Shown here: positions 47,546 to 59,732 of the stretch, one piece after another
How positions within the stretch are numbered: position 1 is the first letter of the stretch
Layout: each line of letters starts with the position of its first letter
NCBI GenBank assembly: GCA_002269645.1
Contig: NIVC01002120.1
Location: forward strand, 1 to 64,000
Direction: 5' to 3'
DNA: 64,000 bases
Source: Macrostomum lignano
Taxonomy: Eukaryota
The notes under the pieces: model-generated
The model's database searches: none
The model's input: only the letters and a program-made list of their open reading frames with translations
Told to the model about the DNA's origin: nothing
Position numbers and translations under genes: made by a program

Positions 47546-48257
47546 GTATGTGCCATTTAAGTTGCACACAAAGTTATTAAAAGAAGAAAACAGAAGAATG
47601 GAAGGCAAAAGCACTTTCGAGAATAAACTTGAAAAGAAAACATAATCAACGGACAATGGTAAAAATGTATGTTACACATTGTCAAGAGTGCGGAGTTGGT
47701 TGGTTTCTCGAGAGGCCCATCAGTCGAAAACACTTTCTTTTCTTTTCTGCAGGTCGATCTCGACAGAGTGTCAATAGAAATCTGAATATCCAAATCAGTC
47801 ACCAGAACTAAGCTGAATGCAAGAAACTGGCCTCGGGAAACAGCCCAAGTACTCTCCGTCCCTGACGACAATAGAAATTGCGCTCTTTCAACTGCGAGTC
47901 CAATTCTGTTCACAAAAGTGCCATCAGCTAGGAACATACTGAACCTGTACAGTCAACAGAACTGGCTCCTCAATTTGTTACATCGTCGAGCGCAAAACTT
48001 AGCAAACAAAAAAATCCTGCCGCAGCATATAGTTCAACCTGCGCCATGGTAAACTTGCTATCCGATTTTCGAGTCACAAGGCGTGGAAAATCAAAACAGA
48101 GCACAAAAGCCAAGTTGCAGTATTTACTGTAGATGGATCTCGCGAAACACCTTTTGCCCATTCCATTTGGTGCATTAATGACGCAGATTTTAATAGATGT
48201 AGTTTCACAAGATGATCCAGCAATAGACAAGGTTCTTTCAATATAGTCATCTGAACA

Positions 48258-48455
48258 GCCGACTCTTCTCTAGCCTTGAGTAACTGCTTTGAGCTGCTCG
48301 GCAGACTCTTCTCTAGCCTTGAGTAACTGCTTTGAGCTGCTCGGCAGACTCTTCTCTAGCCTTGAGTAACTGCTTTGAGCTGCTCGGCAGACTCTTCTCT
48401 AGCCTTGAGCAACTGCTTGTAGCTGCTCGGCAGACTCTTCTCTAGCCTTGAGCAG
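48258..48455. repeat. 43-bp tandem repeat
   Basis: CAGACTCTTCTCTAGCCTTGAGTAACTGCTTTGAGCTGCTCGG, about 4.5 copies. Confidence 0.9.
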
Positions 48456-48990
48456 CTGTGCCTGTCTCCATTTGGGCGCCATGTAGTTGAATTAGAGTCA
48501 ATTTAGGGTTGATCTTTACCGTCGCTGTGCTGTTGTAGCGGCTGTGAAATGAAAAAGGTAGAGCTAGCAAAATCACTCCAAGCTAGAAACAAAATCACAC
48601 TGAAAGTGATATGAGCGTAGTGGAGAAAATAAATGAGCGTAGGCAAGATTAAAATAAATAGCACTTTCTGCCACACATGTTCAGTGGGCTTTAATAGAAT
48701 GAATTAGCATGGATTGGTGCTTTTCTTTCAATTAATTGCCAGTTGTATTCTGCTTTGTGCTAATAGTTTACTCAATACTGAAATAGAAAAACAATTCTCA
48801 GCCAGTTGCTAATCTCTCTTTTCTGCATGCGGCCAGCCAATCAGAAGCAGCCAGGCTTTGGCCTCGAGCCCCCGCTCCCTTCTCCCCTTTCCATGGCCCT
48901 CTTAATCCAGCTTTCCAAATCCCCATAGCAAAGTTCTGCTAGAACTGCTTCCTCTTCGTCTGCCCAGACCTCGCCAGCTGGTCAGTAGAT

Positions 48991-50919
48991 ATGGGATCGA
49001 AATCCTCAAAGCTGAGTCCAGAGCAGCTGCACGACCTCGTGGAGCAGACGCAGTTCACCGAGGAGGAGCTGCAGGACTGGTACCGCGGCTTCATCAAAGA
49101 CTGCCCGAATGGCGAGCTGAGCAGGCCCGAGTTCCAGAAGATCTACGCCAACTTCTTTCCCTATGGAGACGCCTCCAAGTTTGCTGACCACGTGTTCCGC
49201 ACCTTCGACCGGGACGGCAACGACCGCATCGACTTCCGCGAGTTCATCTGCGCTCTCAGCGTCACCTCCAGGGGCCGTCTGGAGCAGAAACTGTCCTGGG
49301 CCTTCTCCATGTACGACCTGGATGGAGACGGCTTCATCAGCAGGGAGGAGATGCTGGAGATTGTGAGGGTGAGTCGCTGCAGGATACTGGATATTATGTG
49401 AAGGGTGAGTGCTCTAGGGTGCTGGAGATTGTGCGGAGGGTGCTGGAGATTGTGCAGAGGGTGCTGGAAATTTGCAGAGGGTGCTGGAAATTGTGCAGAG
49501 GGTGCTGGAGATTGTGCGGAGGGTGCTGGAGATTGTGCAGAGGGTGCTGGAGATTGTGCAGAGGGTGCTGGAGATTGTGCAGAGGGTGCTGGAGATTGTG
49601 CAGAGGGTGCTGGAGATTGTGCAGAGGGTGCTGGAGATTCTGCGGAGGGTGCTGAAGATTGTGCAGGAGTACTACATAATAAACTTATTTATCTAGAGCA
49701 TGGGTAGACTTACTGACTGAAGAAATTCCACACAATAATATCGTGCGCTCCGCTCATTTTATTGATTTCGCCAATCAAAGGGACAATGGAGCGGGGCGCC
49801 TATGAGCTGCAATTGCAGAGTTCCCAGGTGCGGAATCAGTGCAGTTGCTGGCCTGTGCTAGCATTGCTTGTCACAGCTGGTTTGTCTGGGCCGGCTGTTG
49901 TTCTGTTTTCCAACTCCCGGGATTAATGGAGTCACCCGGCAAGGGAACCGGAGGCGGTCTCAGCGGAACCCAGAGCGAGCGGCTGCTGGGTGCCGGTACG
50001 GCCGGGGCAAAATGCGAAGACACAGGGGAAATCTCTGCGGAAATCGATAATTCTCTCCCAGGAGGCAAATACAGGACCTCTTGAACCCTTATTGATCCGG
50101 CAGGTTCCGCGGTACTCAGCGCCTCATTACAGGTCCGACACAGGCATTTTGAGCGGCATTGCGTTTTGTTTTAACGTTCCAGCAGCAGGACATGACTTCT
50201 GCCCATCCTGGGCGGATACTGTATGCAGGCACGCACATGCTCGTCGCTCATTCAGGGTGTACAGCGGCCCCCGACTGTCTAATTGTCAGGCATTTACACC
50301 CTGTGTCTTGGAGTTAACCCTCATGGCTGTGAATTTCACGACAACCCCAGGGCCACCTCCCGAACGAAAAATCCTTGCCGCACCACTTAATCATGGCACT
50401 ACGAATGACGCCAATCTTGTGTGATCCGTGCTCATGTCTGCCGTTGCTGAGCTACCAACCAGATTGCATTACGATCGAGTCAATCCAACTTGCATTTATG
50501 TTTTTTTTGAAATAAAAATTCTGATGAGGCATAAAAATTTAGATAGCAAAATGGGCATTCATATGCCCAAAAGACAGTAGAGTAAACGCATTTTGCAAGA
50601 AAATTTTAATGACGAGGCATAGAAATTTAGATAGCCATGCGCATTCATATGCCCAAAAGACAGTAGAGTAAACGCATTTTGCAAGAAAAAGCTGCAACTG
50701 GACAGTCACTGCCGCCGCCCGCAGGCCATCTACAGCATGGTTGGCATGGTGATGCGCATGCCGGAAGACGAGGCGACCCCGGAGAAGCGGACGGATAAAA
50801 TATTTCGCCAAATGGACAAAGACTTGGACGGCCGGCTGTCGATGGAGGAATTTATCGAGGGCGCCAAGTCGGATCCGAGCATTGTGAGGCTGCTGCAGTT
50901 CGATCCGAACCAGCGCTGA
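48991..50919 (+). CDS. NCALD: Neurocalcin/hippocalcin-like neuronal calcium sensor, 190 aa; exons 48991-49368 and 50725-50919
   Basis: MGxxxS myristoylation motif; [62 protein letters not shown]; GT-AG phase-0 intron. Confidence 0.93.
49419..49667. repeat. 21-bp intronic tandem repeat resembling the exon end (GTGCTGGAGATTGTGCAGAGG)
   Basis: About 12 copies; compare the exon end ATGCTGGAGATTGTGAGG|GT. Confidence 0.92.
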
Positions 50920-51569
50920 CTTGGCGGTTGCTGGGGGAAGGGGATTCGGCGTGTAAAAATTAGTTTTATCAATTTCTGCTGGTGTCAGTCTTGATTGGTT
51001 CTCTGCTAATAAACTCCCTCTTAATTCCATTTTTTATGCCGTTTATATTTTGCAATCAAACCCCCCGATCGCCTACTTACGTGCTTACTGTTCAGTAGTG
51101 TAATGCAGTCTACTGTGCAATCGATAAAAAATGTGCAAAGTGTCTCTGATTGGCTGTCGTGGCTTCCGTCAAGTCCGTACGCTTTTTTTGTGTGCCGCCG
51201 TTCAAGCAAGCCAATCAGATTAATGCTCAGCAGCTCAGATACTTTCCTGCAGTTATTATGCACTTTTTATTTTCCCACTTGTATTATTCGGTATCACGGA
51301 TTGCAAATTCCATGCCTGCTGGTTGATTATTCTTTACCAATAGAATCTGAACGCAAGCCATCTGATTTTGTGTGTCCGCCTGCTGTCTTCTGTGTTGTTG
51401 ACTTTGATGCCAGTCTCCGCTTTTGTGACCCCGCTTAGTGGCCGCCTCCCCTTGTCTGTGTCCTGTGTGTGTCCATCTGTGGCAGCACATTTGCGCCCTT
51501 TTCTGTTGTGCAGTCTTTGTCTACAATTGTTGCATTTCCTTGGTTATCGCTGCCCGCATGTGGGACCAC

Positions 51570-53110
51570 TCTGATCTTCTCTCCCTTGAATCTCCCTGCC
51601 CTGATCCTCCCTCTCCTGATCCTCTCCTGATCCTCCCCTGATCCTCCCCTGATCCTGCTCTGATCCTCTCCTGATCGTCTCCTGATCCTGCTCTGATCCT
51701 CTCCTGATCCTCCCCTGATCCTCCCCTGATCCTCCCCTGATCCTGCTCTGATCCTCCCCTGATCCTGCTCTGATCCTCTCCTGATCCTCCCCTGATTCTC
51801 CCTCTCCTGATCCTCTCCTGATCCTCCCCTGATCCTCTCCTGATTCTGCTCTAATCCTCTCCTGATCCTCTCCTGATCCTGCTCTGATCCTCTCCTGATC
51901 CTCTCCTGATCCTCCCCTGATCCTCCCCTGATCCTGCTCTGATCCTCTCCTGATCGTCTCCTGATCCTCCCCTGATCCTCCCCTGATCCTCCCCTGATCC
52001 TGCTCTGATCCTCTCCTGATCCTCCCCTGATTCTCCCTCTCCTGATCCTCTCCTGATCCTCCCCTGATCCTCCCCTGATCCTGCTCTGATCCTCTCCTGA
52101 TCGTCTCCTGATCCTCCCCTGATCCTCTCCTGATCCTGCTCTGATCCTCTCCTGATCCTGCTCTGATCCTCTCCTGATCCCCCCTGATCCTTCCCTGATC
52201 CTGCTCTGATCCTCTCCTGATCCTCCCCTGATCCTCCCTCTCCTGATCCTCTCCTGATCCTCTCCTGATCCTGCTCTGATCCTCTCCTGATCCTCCCCTG
52301 ATCCTTCCCTGATCCTGCTCTAATCCTCTCCTGATCCTCTCCTGATCCTGCTCTTGCGGTAGAGAAGCACTCTTAACAGATAATAGTAAGACAAAACTCA
52401 ATATTGTTTGCGACGCGTTTCGGCTGAAACTGGCCATCTTCAGGCACTATCGTTAATAGGTTGAAATAAATTCTGTTCGATAGTGCCTGAAGATGGCTGG
52501 TTTTGGCCGAAACGCGTCGCAAGTAGTATTGAGTTTTGTCTTACTATGATCCTGCTCTGATCCTGCTCTGATCCTCCCCTGATCCTCTCCTGATCCTGCT
52601 CTAATCCTCTCCTGATCCTCTCCTGATCCTGCTCTGATCCTCTCCTGATCCTCTCCTGATCCTGCTCTGATCCTCTCCTGATCCTCTCCTGATCCTCCCC
52701 TGATTCTCCCTCTCTTGATCCTCTCCTGATCCTGCTCTGATCCTCTCCTGATCCTCCCCTGATCCTCCCCTGATCCTCCCTCTCCTGATCCTCTCCTGAT
52801 CCTCCCCTTATTCTCCCCTGATCCCTCCTGATCCTCCTCTGATCCTCCCTGATCCTCCCCTTATCCCTCCTGATCCTCCCCTGATCCTCTCCTGATTCTC
52901 CCCTGATCCTCCCCTGATTCTCCCCTGATCCTCCCCTGATCCTCCCCTGATCCCTCCTTATCCTCCCCTGATCCCTCCTTATCCTCCCCTGATCCCTCCT
53001 TATCCTCCCCTGATCCCTCCTTATCCTCCCCTGACCCTCCTCCCTCCCTAATCGCCTTCTCGTCCTCCCTCCCCTCATTCTCCCTTTGATCCTCCCTGAT
53101 CCTCTCCTCA
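51570..53110. repeat. (CTGATCCTCC/CTGATCCTGCT)-type satellite, interrupted at 52354-52547; related tract at 63350-63585
   Basis: 10-11 bp units. Confidence 0.95.
52383..52547. ncRNA. 70-bp inverted repeat, each arm carrying a minimal type I hammerhead motif (Penelope pLTR-like)
   Basis: CTGAAGA-[stem II]-GAAACGCGTC at 52487-52518 (+), mirrored at 52412-52443 (-). Confidence 0.65.
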
Positions 53111-56100
53111 TCTCTCCCGAGCCTCCTCATCCCGTGATGATTCTCATTCCCTGAACTCTCTGATGTCCTGATCTCCCCTACTCCTTGAGTGTTTATCTTT
53201 TTTCCAGTTGTGCTGTCTGCTGTCGCTTTATAATTATTTTGATGAAATATTTATGAAAAATGCAATGCTGTTTCAGAATCGAAACTTGCAGCTGCTCTTT
53301 CCTTGGTATCTCGTGTGAGCTTAGTTTTTTAAACCCTGTGTTAAAATTTAATTATACAAATTGTGCAGAATTGTGCTGTTTTATTGCGATTACCGTGCCA
53401 GAATGGCCTGAACATGGCCTATGAGTAGTCAGTCCTGTCTGCGTTACTTTACTTTCCTCATTTTTAATGCACATTTTTTAGAATTTGGAGCCTCAAATTA
53501 TGTGCATCTTATTTGCATAATTTTTTATACCGAGAATTTGCACTCTCCGCTGTGACCCATCTAGCTGACCAGCTGCCGCTGCCCATGAGTGCCTTTGCTA
53601 TCGATTCTTCATTCGATTAGATCAATTTTCGTATATCTGATTAGTCTCCCACTATTTTCGAGTTGAATTAATACAAGCAAGCAAAGCAATACATGTACAA
53701 TCAAGAACGCAGCCTGCAACAGTTGTCATACGAGTATCGGTTGGATCAAAATCGGAGAGAATCTTGATGCGAGCGTACGAGTACATGCCGTATAATTTGA
53801 TTTAACGATCGATTTTAAAATAAAATCTACTGTGACGCAACTATTGAATTCTAACTATTATTTTTAGAAAAGTTCTAACTTAGGAACAAGATCTCGGTTT
53901 CCGAATCTAGGATTTGTGAATTAAAGTGAAATTTTGCGAGTTTTTTTAACACGCAGTCATAAACGTTAAACAACGAAATACCAAGAACAATTAACAAGAT
54001 GGTCGAAAAATTGTCGAGACTCAAAGATCTATTCTAAGATAAGATCTATAGTGAGATCTAAGTTTAGAATGGAGCTGAAGTCGATCGGCTACGCAGGTAC
54101 GCGCTGGCGGGCAATCGCATAAATTGACACCGAAACAAACTTATTGCTTATTAAAATACAGCTTTTTAAAAAATTCTTTTCTTCTTGTTTCTAGTCTTAA
54201 ATTGTCTAGATAATCGCGTATTTTTGTTTTAAATTACCAGTTTCTTCCGGACCTTAGTAATGATCAAATCTAATCTAATCTAAAATTAGCTATAAGCACT
54301 GTCGGTTTCGGTTTCGCTGATTGGCTGGCTATGCTACTAGGAGACGACGACAGGCCTTAAATGGGAGTATAGAATGAGCTATCGTGACTCAATCATTTTC
54401 TATGCGCAGAGTTTGAACTCTAGACGCAGTTGCGGCTTTAAGTGTGTCTGGACACTGAGACTGATCTGATGTCACAATCGATAATGTTCGATCCATTGTG
54501 TACTACCGTTAGTTTTTTACTTTTTTAGTTCATCTATTAATGCTAGTTAAGTTAGCTGTACGAGCGTAGTTATATTCATATTTATTCCTATCTGTAATAT
54601 ATAGCGTCGTTAGTTCTATGCCTAGATAAGAGGCCTAGACCTAATTGGATCATGGTATATTACAGTTGTACGCACATAGTATTTTTACCAAGTGCCAAGT
54701 GGTCGAAAACAACTATCCCCTTTCGGAATTTGGTTTTGTAGTCATTCAAAACTAATAGTCTAATATAATAATATAATTTTTATTAAGAATATATAGGCCT
54801 ATTATTAATTGAAACTTAAAATTATGGCCTATGCTATAATTTATAAACTATTCAAGCATTGATTTAGAAAATTTAAGATGGGCAACCGACATGTACTATT
54901 ATTATTATTATAGTCAGAGACTAGGCTATACTATACTATAGTATAGGCAAGGATCCAGAAAATATTGAATAGAGCCAAAGCCAGACAGAGGGATGCAGAA
55001 TAGGCCTATTACTAGGGTAAAGGTAAGGTTAGGGTATATTTGTTTTTTATTCTAATTTATTTGATAATATATTACTTGGGCTAGGCCTATACTATCCAGT
55101 ATACTGGCTATATTAATATAAAAAGATAAAAAACTTTAATTCAAAGAAAAAAGTAAGGCCCTACCCTTTGTCTAAATCTATTACTACAGTTCTACTATAG
55201 CTGTGGCCTGTGGATATGGCTATAGAAAGTTAGGCCTTACAGATGGGCCTACAAAGCTTTTTTGGCAAAACAAAGTTATTTATAAATATAGGCCCCTAGT
55301 TTGCTAGTTATAGTATAGGCAGCTTGGTGGGTATTAGAAGTCTACATTTTGTCAACTAGGCCTATTCTGCACAAATCTGTGCTTAGGCCTATACTTGCCT
55401 TTTTATAGTATTTTTATAGTAACCTAAAATTATGGCTTACCTAGGGTTGTTATAGGCCTAGTTTGTTATTATTTATATAAGTAATGAAGTGAAAGAACAT
55501 ATATTTTCTATAATTAGGATTACATCTATTTAATATTACTCAACTAAAACTTAAAAGACCATTAGACCTATTGACTATTGATTTGTTTAATGGAAGTAGG
55601 CTAATAAGAATAAATTAATATTACTAGTTTTAATGTAAAGAGATTTTTTAAATTCCTAGAAGTTTTCTGTCATAAGGAGAGTCCATGTACCAAACCATAG
55701 CCTTAGCCATAAGCAAAACTATGGCTTATTCCAATTTTCTATTCCATAGCTGTAGGCCCTAGGAACCTTAATATTACTATATTCTTATAGTTCCTATAGC
55801 TGTAGCCATAGTTTTAACAAAGTCTAGAAAACAAAATATTTTTAATCAAGAAGATAAACTAGCACTTAAACAACTGCAAATTAAGTTAGAAAATTAAAGA
55901 AATACTTGATTATCTTTGTAAGATTATATTTCATCTTTTAACAATACTTAATCCATATACTAAAAATGAAATTGCTACTAAAAGTAATAATACTAAACTT
56001 TTTCACATTAATGAAAATTAGAGTTTGTTAGTGTTTTATTGTACTTTATTAGATATATTCTATAAGTTTCTAAGTTGATAATACAGTTTATTAAAGTATC

Positions 56101-57736
56101 TTTGTTTAACTTTACTGTTTCTAATATTTTTTCAATTTTTTAAAGTAATAACTATGGCTATGGGAATCTACAGAATGTGATAGCAATTACCATAATTCTG
56201 TAGTCGTAGCCATAAGAGCAGCTAGCTACCATAGGTATATCTATAGCTACAATAGGCACCTATTTTACCATATTTGCTCTAGGATCCTATAGCCATAGCT
56301 ACGGCTACAATGGAACACTACCCTAGAATTTGAGTCAAATAATAAAGATTTTTAATGCTATATCAATATTGAATTTGGGTAATAAAGGCAAAAGTCTAGA
56401 TTAATATCTTCATTTTCAAGGGGAGCTCTTAAGTCCTTAGGGTTAGGGATTTAAATAATGGTGACTAAACATTTTATCAAATGGCAATTTGGCATTTTGT
56501 CAACTAGACATTATGGCAACTTAGCAAATTATAGCTGATTATTATAGCTGCACTAGCCAGAGAATATGAGAAATAGCATTGCAATGTCAAATTTGTTTAA
56601 AACATGTACATTTCTTAAAGCCCTATTGGAATAGAATTTCACCAAAACCCCTGAATGCCACGCAGGCATACTTCAAACGGTCACACCTATGTAGCCCTAT
56701 TTGAATAAATGGCTTTGGCATTCCTGTGCAAAAGACTAAAAAGAGAAGTTATTCAAGTGACTAGGTAAATAGCAAGAATAACTAAGACTATCTTATTAAA
56801 GCTGAATGCCTTATCATCTAATTAGTACCTTCTCTATATTCTTTTTGGGTAGGCATTTTTGTGACTTATCCCTGGTCTACCACAATTTATGGTAGCCAAA
56901 TCAATCAGGTTGGCCAGCAATTGGCAGTTGTGCATATGTGATTTCTAGAAATTATTGATAGTAACAAATTTTATTAAGTAACAATTGTACTATATTTACA
57001 TTTATAAGTAATTATGGGTAAATTTTGGTAGCTAAGTATTTAGTGCATTAGATAAAAATAATTTATAAACAATAAAACTATTTGGCCAAGAATGTTGAAT
57101 GTTAAGACTTTGAATTGGCTTCCTGCAACAAGACAATCTGGTGACAAACAATCCAGCAACAGTCAGCTTGGCAATAGACAATCTGGTGACCGATTTTGTA
57201 ATGTAATCATATATCTGATTATGAAACTAGTATGCAGCCCTTAGTAAAAATAAAGAAAGAAGATATCTATTTATAAATGCAGTTTCCCTTTTTTAAAGCA
57301 ATATTATCATTATAAGAAAAGAAGCTATTGATCAAAATCTGTACATTTTGCACCCCCTAAATTCTAATCCTTAAAATTATTTTTGCATATATTCTAAAAA
57401 ATAAATATCAATAATAATAATTAATAACAATAATATATAATTAAAACAATCAAAACTCTCTCATCTGTTTAAATGCCAAAAAACTGAATTAAATATAACA
57501 GCCTTTTATTATACTTTGTCACCAGATTGATTGTTGCTGGATTGTCTGTCACTAGATTATCTTGTTGCAAGATTGACTAGAAACCCTTTGAATTACACAC
57601 ATTTCTAGTTTTCTAAATTTGCCTTTTTATTTTGTAAGTTTAGCATGGTCTATGCTCTTATGTGCATGTGCACCCACATATACATGCAGATACACTTATA
57701 AGTGTGCCTGTGCATGCACATTTTTGCGGCACCTGC

Positions 57737-58210
57737 ACCTAAATTTCACAACGCCTAAAGCACGTGATTTCACATCACCTAAATTTCATAACGCCTAGAT
57801 TTAACAACGCCTAAAATTGAAAATGCAACCTTCACAATGCCTAAATTTCACATCGCCTAAATTTCACAACGCCTAAAATTTCTGCACGCTCCTTCACATG
57901 GCCTAAATTTCATATTGCCTAAATTTCACAACGCCTAAAAATCTGCATGCTCTTTCATATCGCCTAAACTTCATATCGCCTAAATTTCACAACACCTAAA
58001 ACTGAATGTGAAGGAGAGAAGCAAAGATTTTAGGCGTTGTGAAATTTAGGCGATATGAAATTTAGGCGTTGTGAAGGATGCTGCATTTTTGGTTTTAGGC
58101 ATTGTGAAATTTAGGCAATATGAAATTTAGGCGATGTGAAAGAGCGTGCAAATATTTTAGGCATTGTGAAATTTAGGCAATATGAAATTTAGGCATTGTG
58201 AAATTTAGGT
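57737..58210. repeat. Small foldback/MITE-like structure built from CCTAAATTTCACAACG subrepeats in inverted arrays
   Basis: Left array is on +, right array is its reverse complement; no TSD seen. Confidence 0.7.
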
Positions 58211-59732
58211 CTTATGAAAGCATCCCCCTGCACCTACCAAATTTCTCAGGCACGCCAGATAGGCATCTGCAAAATGAAGACTTATTCCAATAGAGCTTAG
58301 TAGATTTTGTAGCAATGTTTGGTCCTCAATAGTGTTGCACCTTGGGCTTGGGGTTGCATCATGCAGCTGAACAATGCCTTGTAAACATTGGCAAGCTCCA
58401 AAATGCCTTGTTTGCTGAAAGGGTGTCAATGATGATAATGACAGATTGGACTGTGACAGCTATAGGAAATGGTTTCACCATGCCTTCAACATTGGTGCAA
58501 TATTTTAGACATTCCTTTAAATATTAACATGCTTAGGCACAACCTAGGGATTCACCCAGCCATTTCTATTGGCAACACACATATGTAAGTTGCTATTGGA
58601 CAGAATAGTAGTCATGTAACTGCTCTCAGCCAATAGTGACTTACATGTGTAGGTTGCCAATAGAAATGGTTGAGTGATTTCTAAGCTTGCACATGTATGA
58701 ATATTAAATAAGTGATATATGCAGGAAGGTGCACTAAATCTAAAAGATAAGTAATTATAATTGTACATATTGATTTTATTAGTCATTCAGTGCAGATGAA
58801 TAGCTAATAGGCTTAACATGACAAATGAATAATTTTGGCTTGAACCAAATGTCCAGTTGCAATAATGTTTAGTCTGGTTGACAAAGTACTAGTTAATAAA
58901 ATGCCAATTGACAAAATATCCTGGAAGCTAAACAACAGAGTTTTTATATCATATGCATATTTTTGTTGGGTAGTGAAGAAAGTTAGGATTGTTTTTTAAG
59001 GGAAACTTTTAGTCTCTAACTACTACTTATAACTACTACTTAACTCTAACTTAACTCCATATTAAAGTAGTCTTGAAAAAGTCCCAAAGTTAATTAAATA
59101 TACTGACTTATTAATATTAATAAATCCAATGTATCCTTATAATATGACCCTAGCCTAGGGACCTAGGTAGATAAATAGTTAAAATGTCAGTGCAAGCTTG
59201 TTTAAGCAATAATGAGATAATAATAATTTAAAGCAATAAGAATATGGAATTAAAGGTCAATATTAAGACATACAAAATATAATCAAATCATTGTATATAG
59301 GTTAGGGAATATTAACTATACACAAATAAAACTAAGTATAAATCATAATCAGAAAAATTATTTAATCTAATTAATAGATATTTTAGTTTAAGTTGATTGT
59401 ACAAATCATTACAGCATATATAAGAGAGTTCTTTGAAATCCATGTACAAGATTAGAAACCACCCTTGTTATATTCAACTCTGCTCTTTACTGAATGCTTT
59501 TCTAATAGCTTGATTTAAATTTAATTAACCCAAACCCTTCAAAACAATTCTTTTATTTGACAAATGACAAATGACAAATTTCAAAAATTGTATTAAAAAT
59601 GACATTCAATATTGCATATTGTTGTTTAATAGAACAACTATTTTGTATAAAAAAATCATTAGAAAATGAAACTATTTCCATTGAATAAGGTTTGGCCAAT
59701 AACCTTTATGTAGGCATTCCATCGTGAATAGC

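Noticed and set aside
47557-48481. Broken minus-strand reading frames that might be a decayed transposon gene
   Set aside because: No motif I can name with confidence; needs a profile search.
51544-53130. Repetitive ORFs (GSGEDQERIRR)
   Set aside because: Read-through of the CTGATCCTC satellite, with TTG/GTG starts and no coding evidence.
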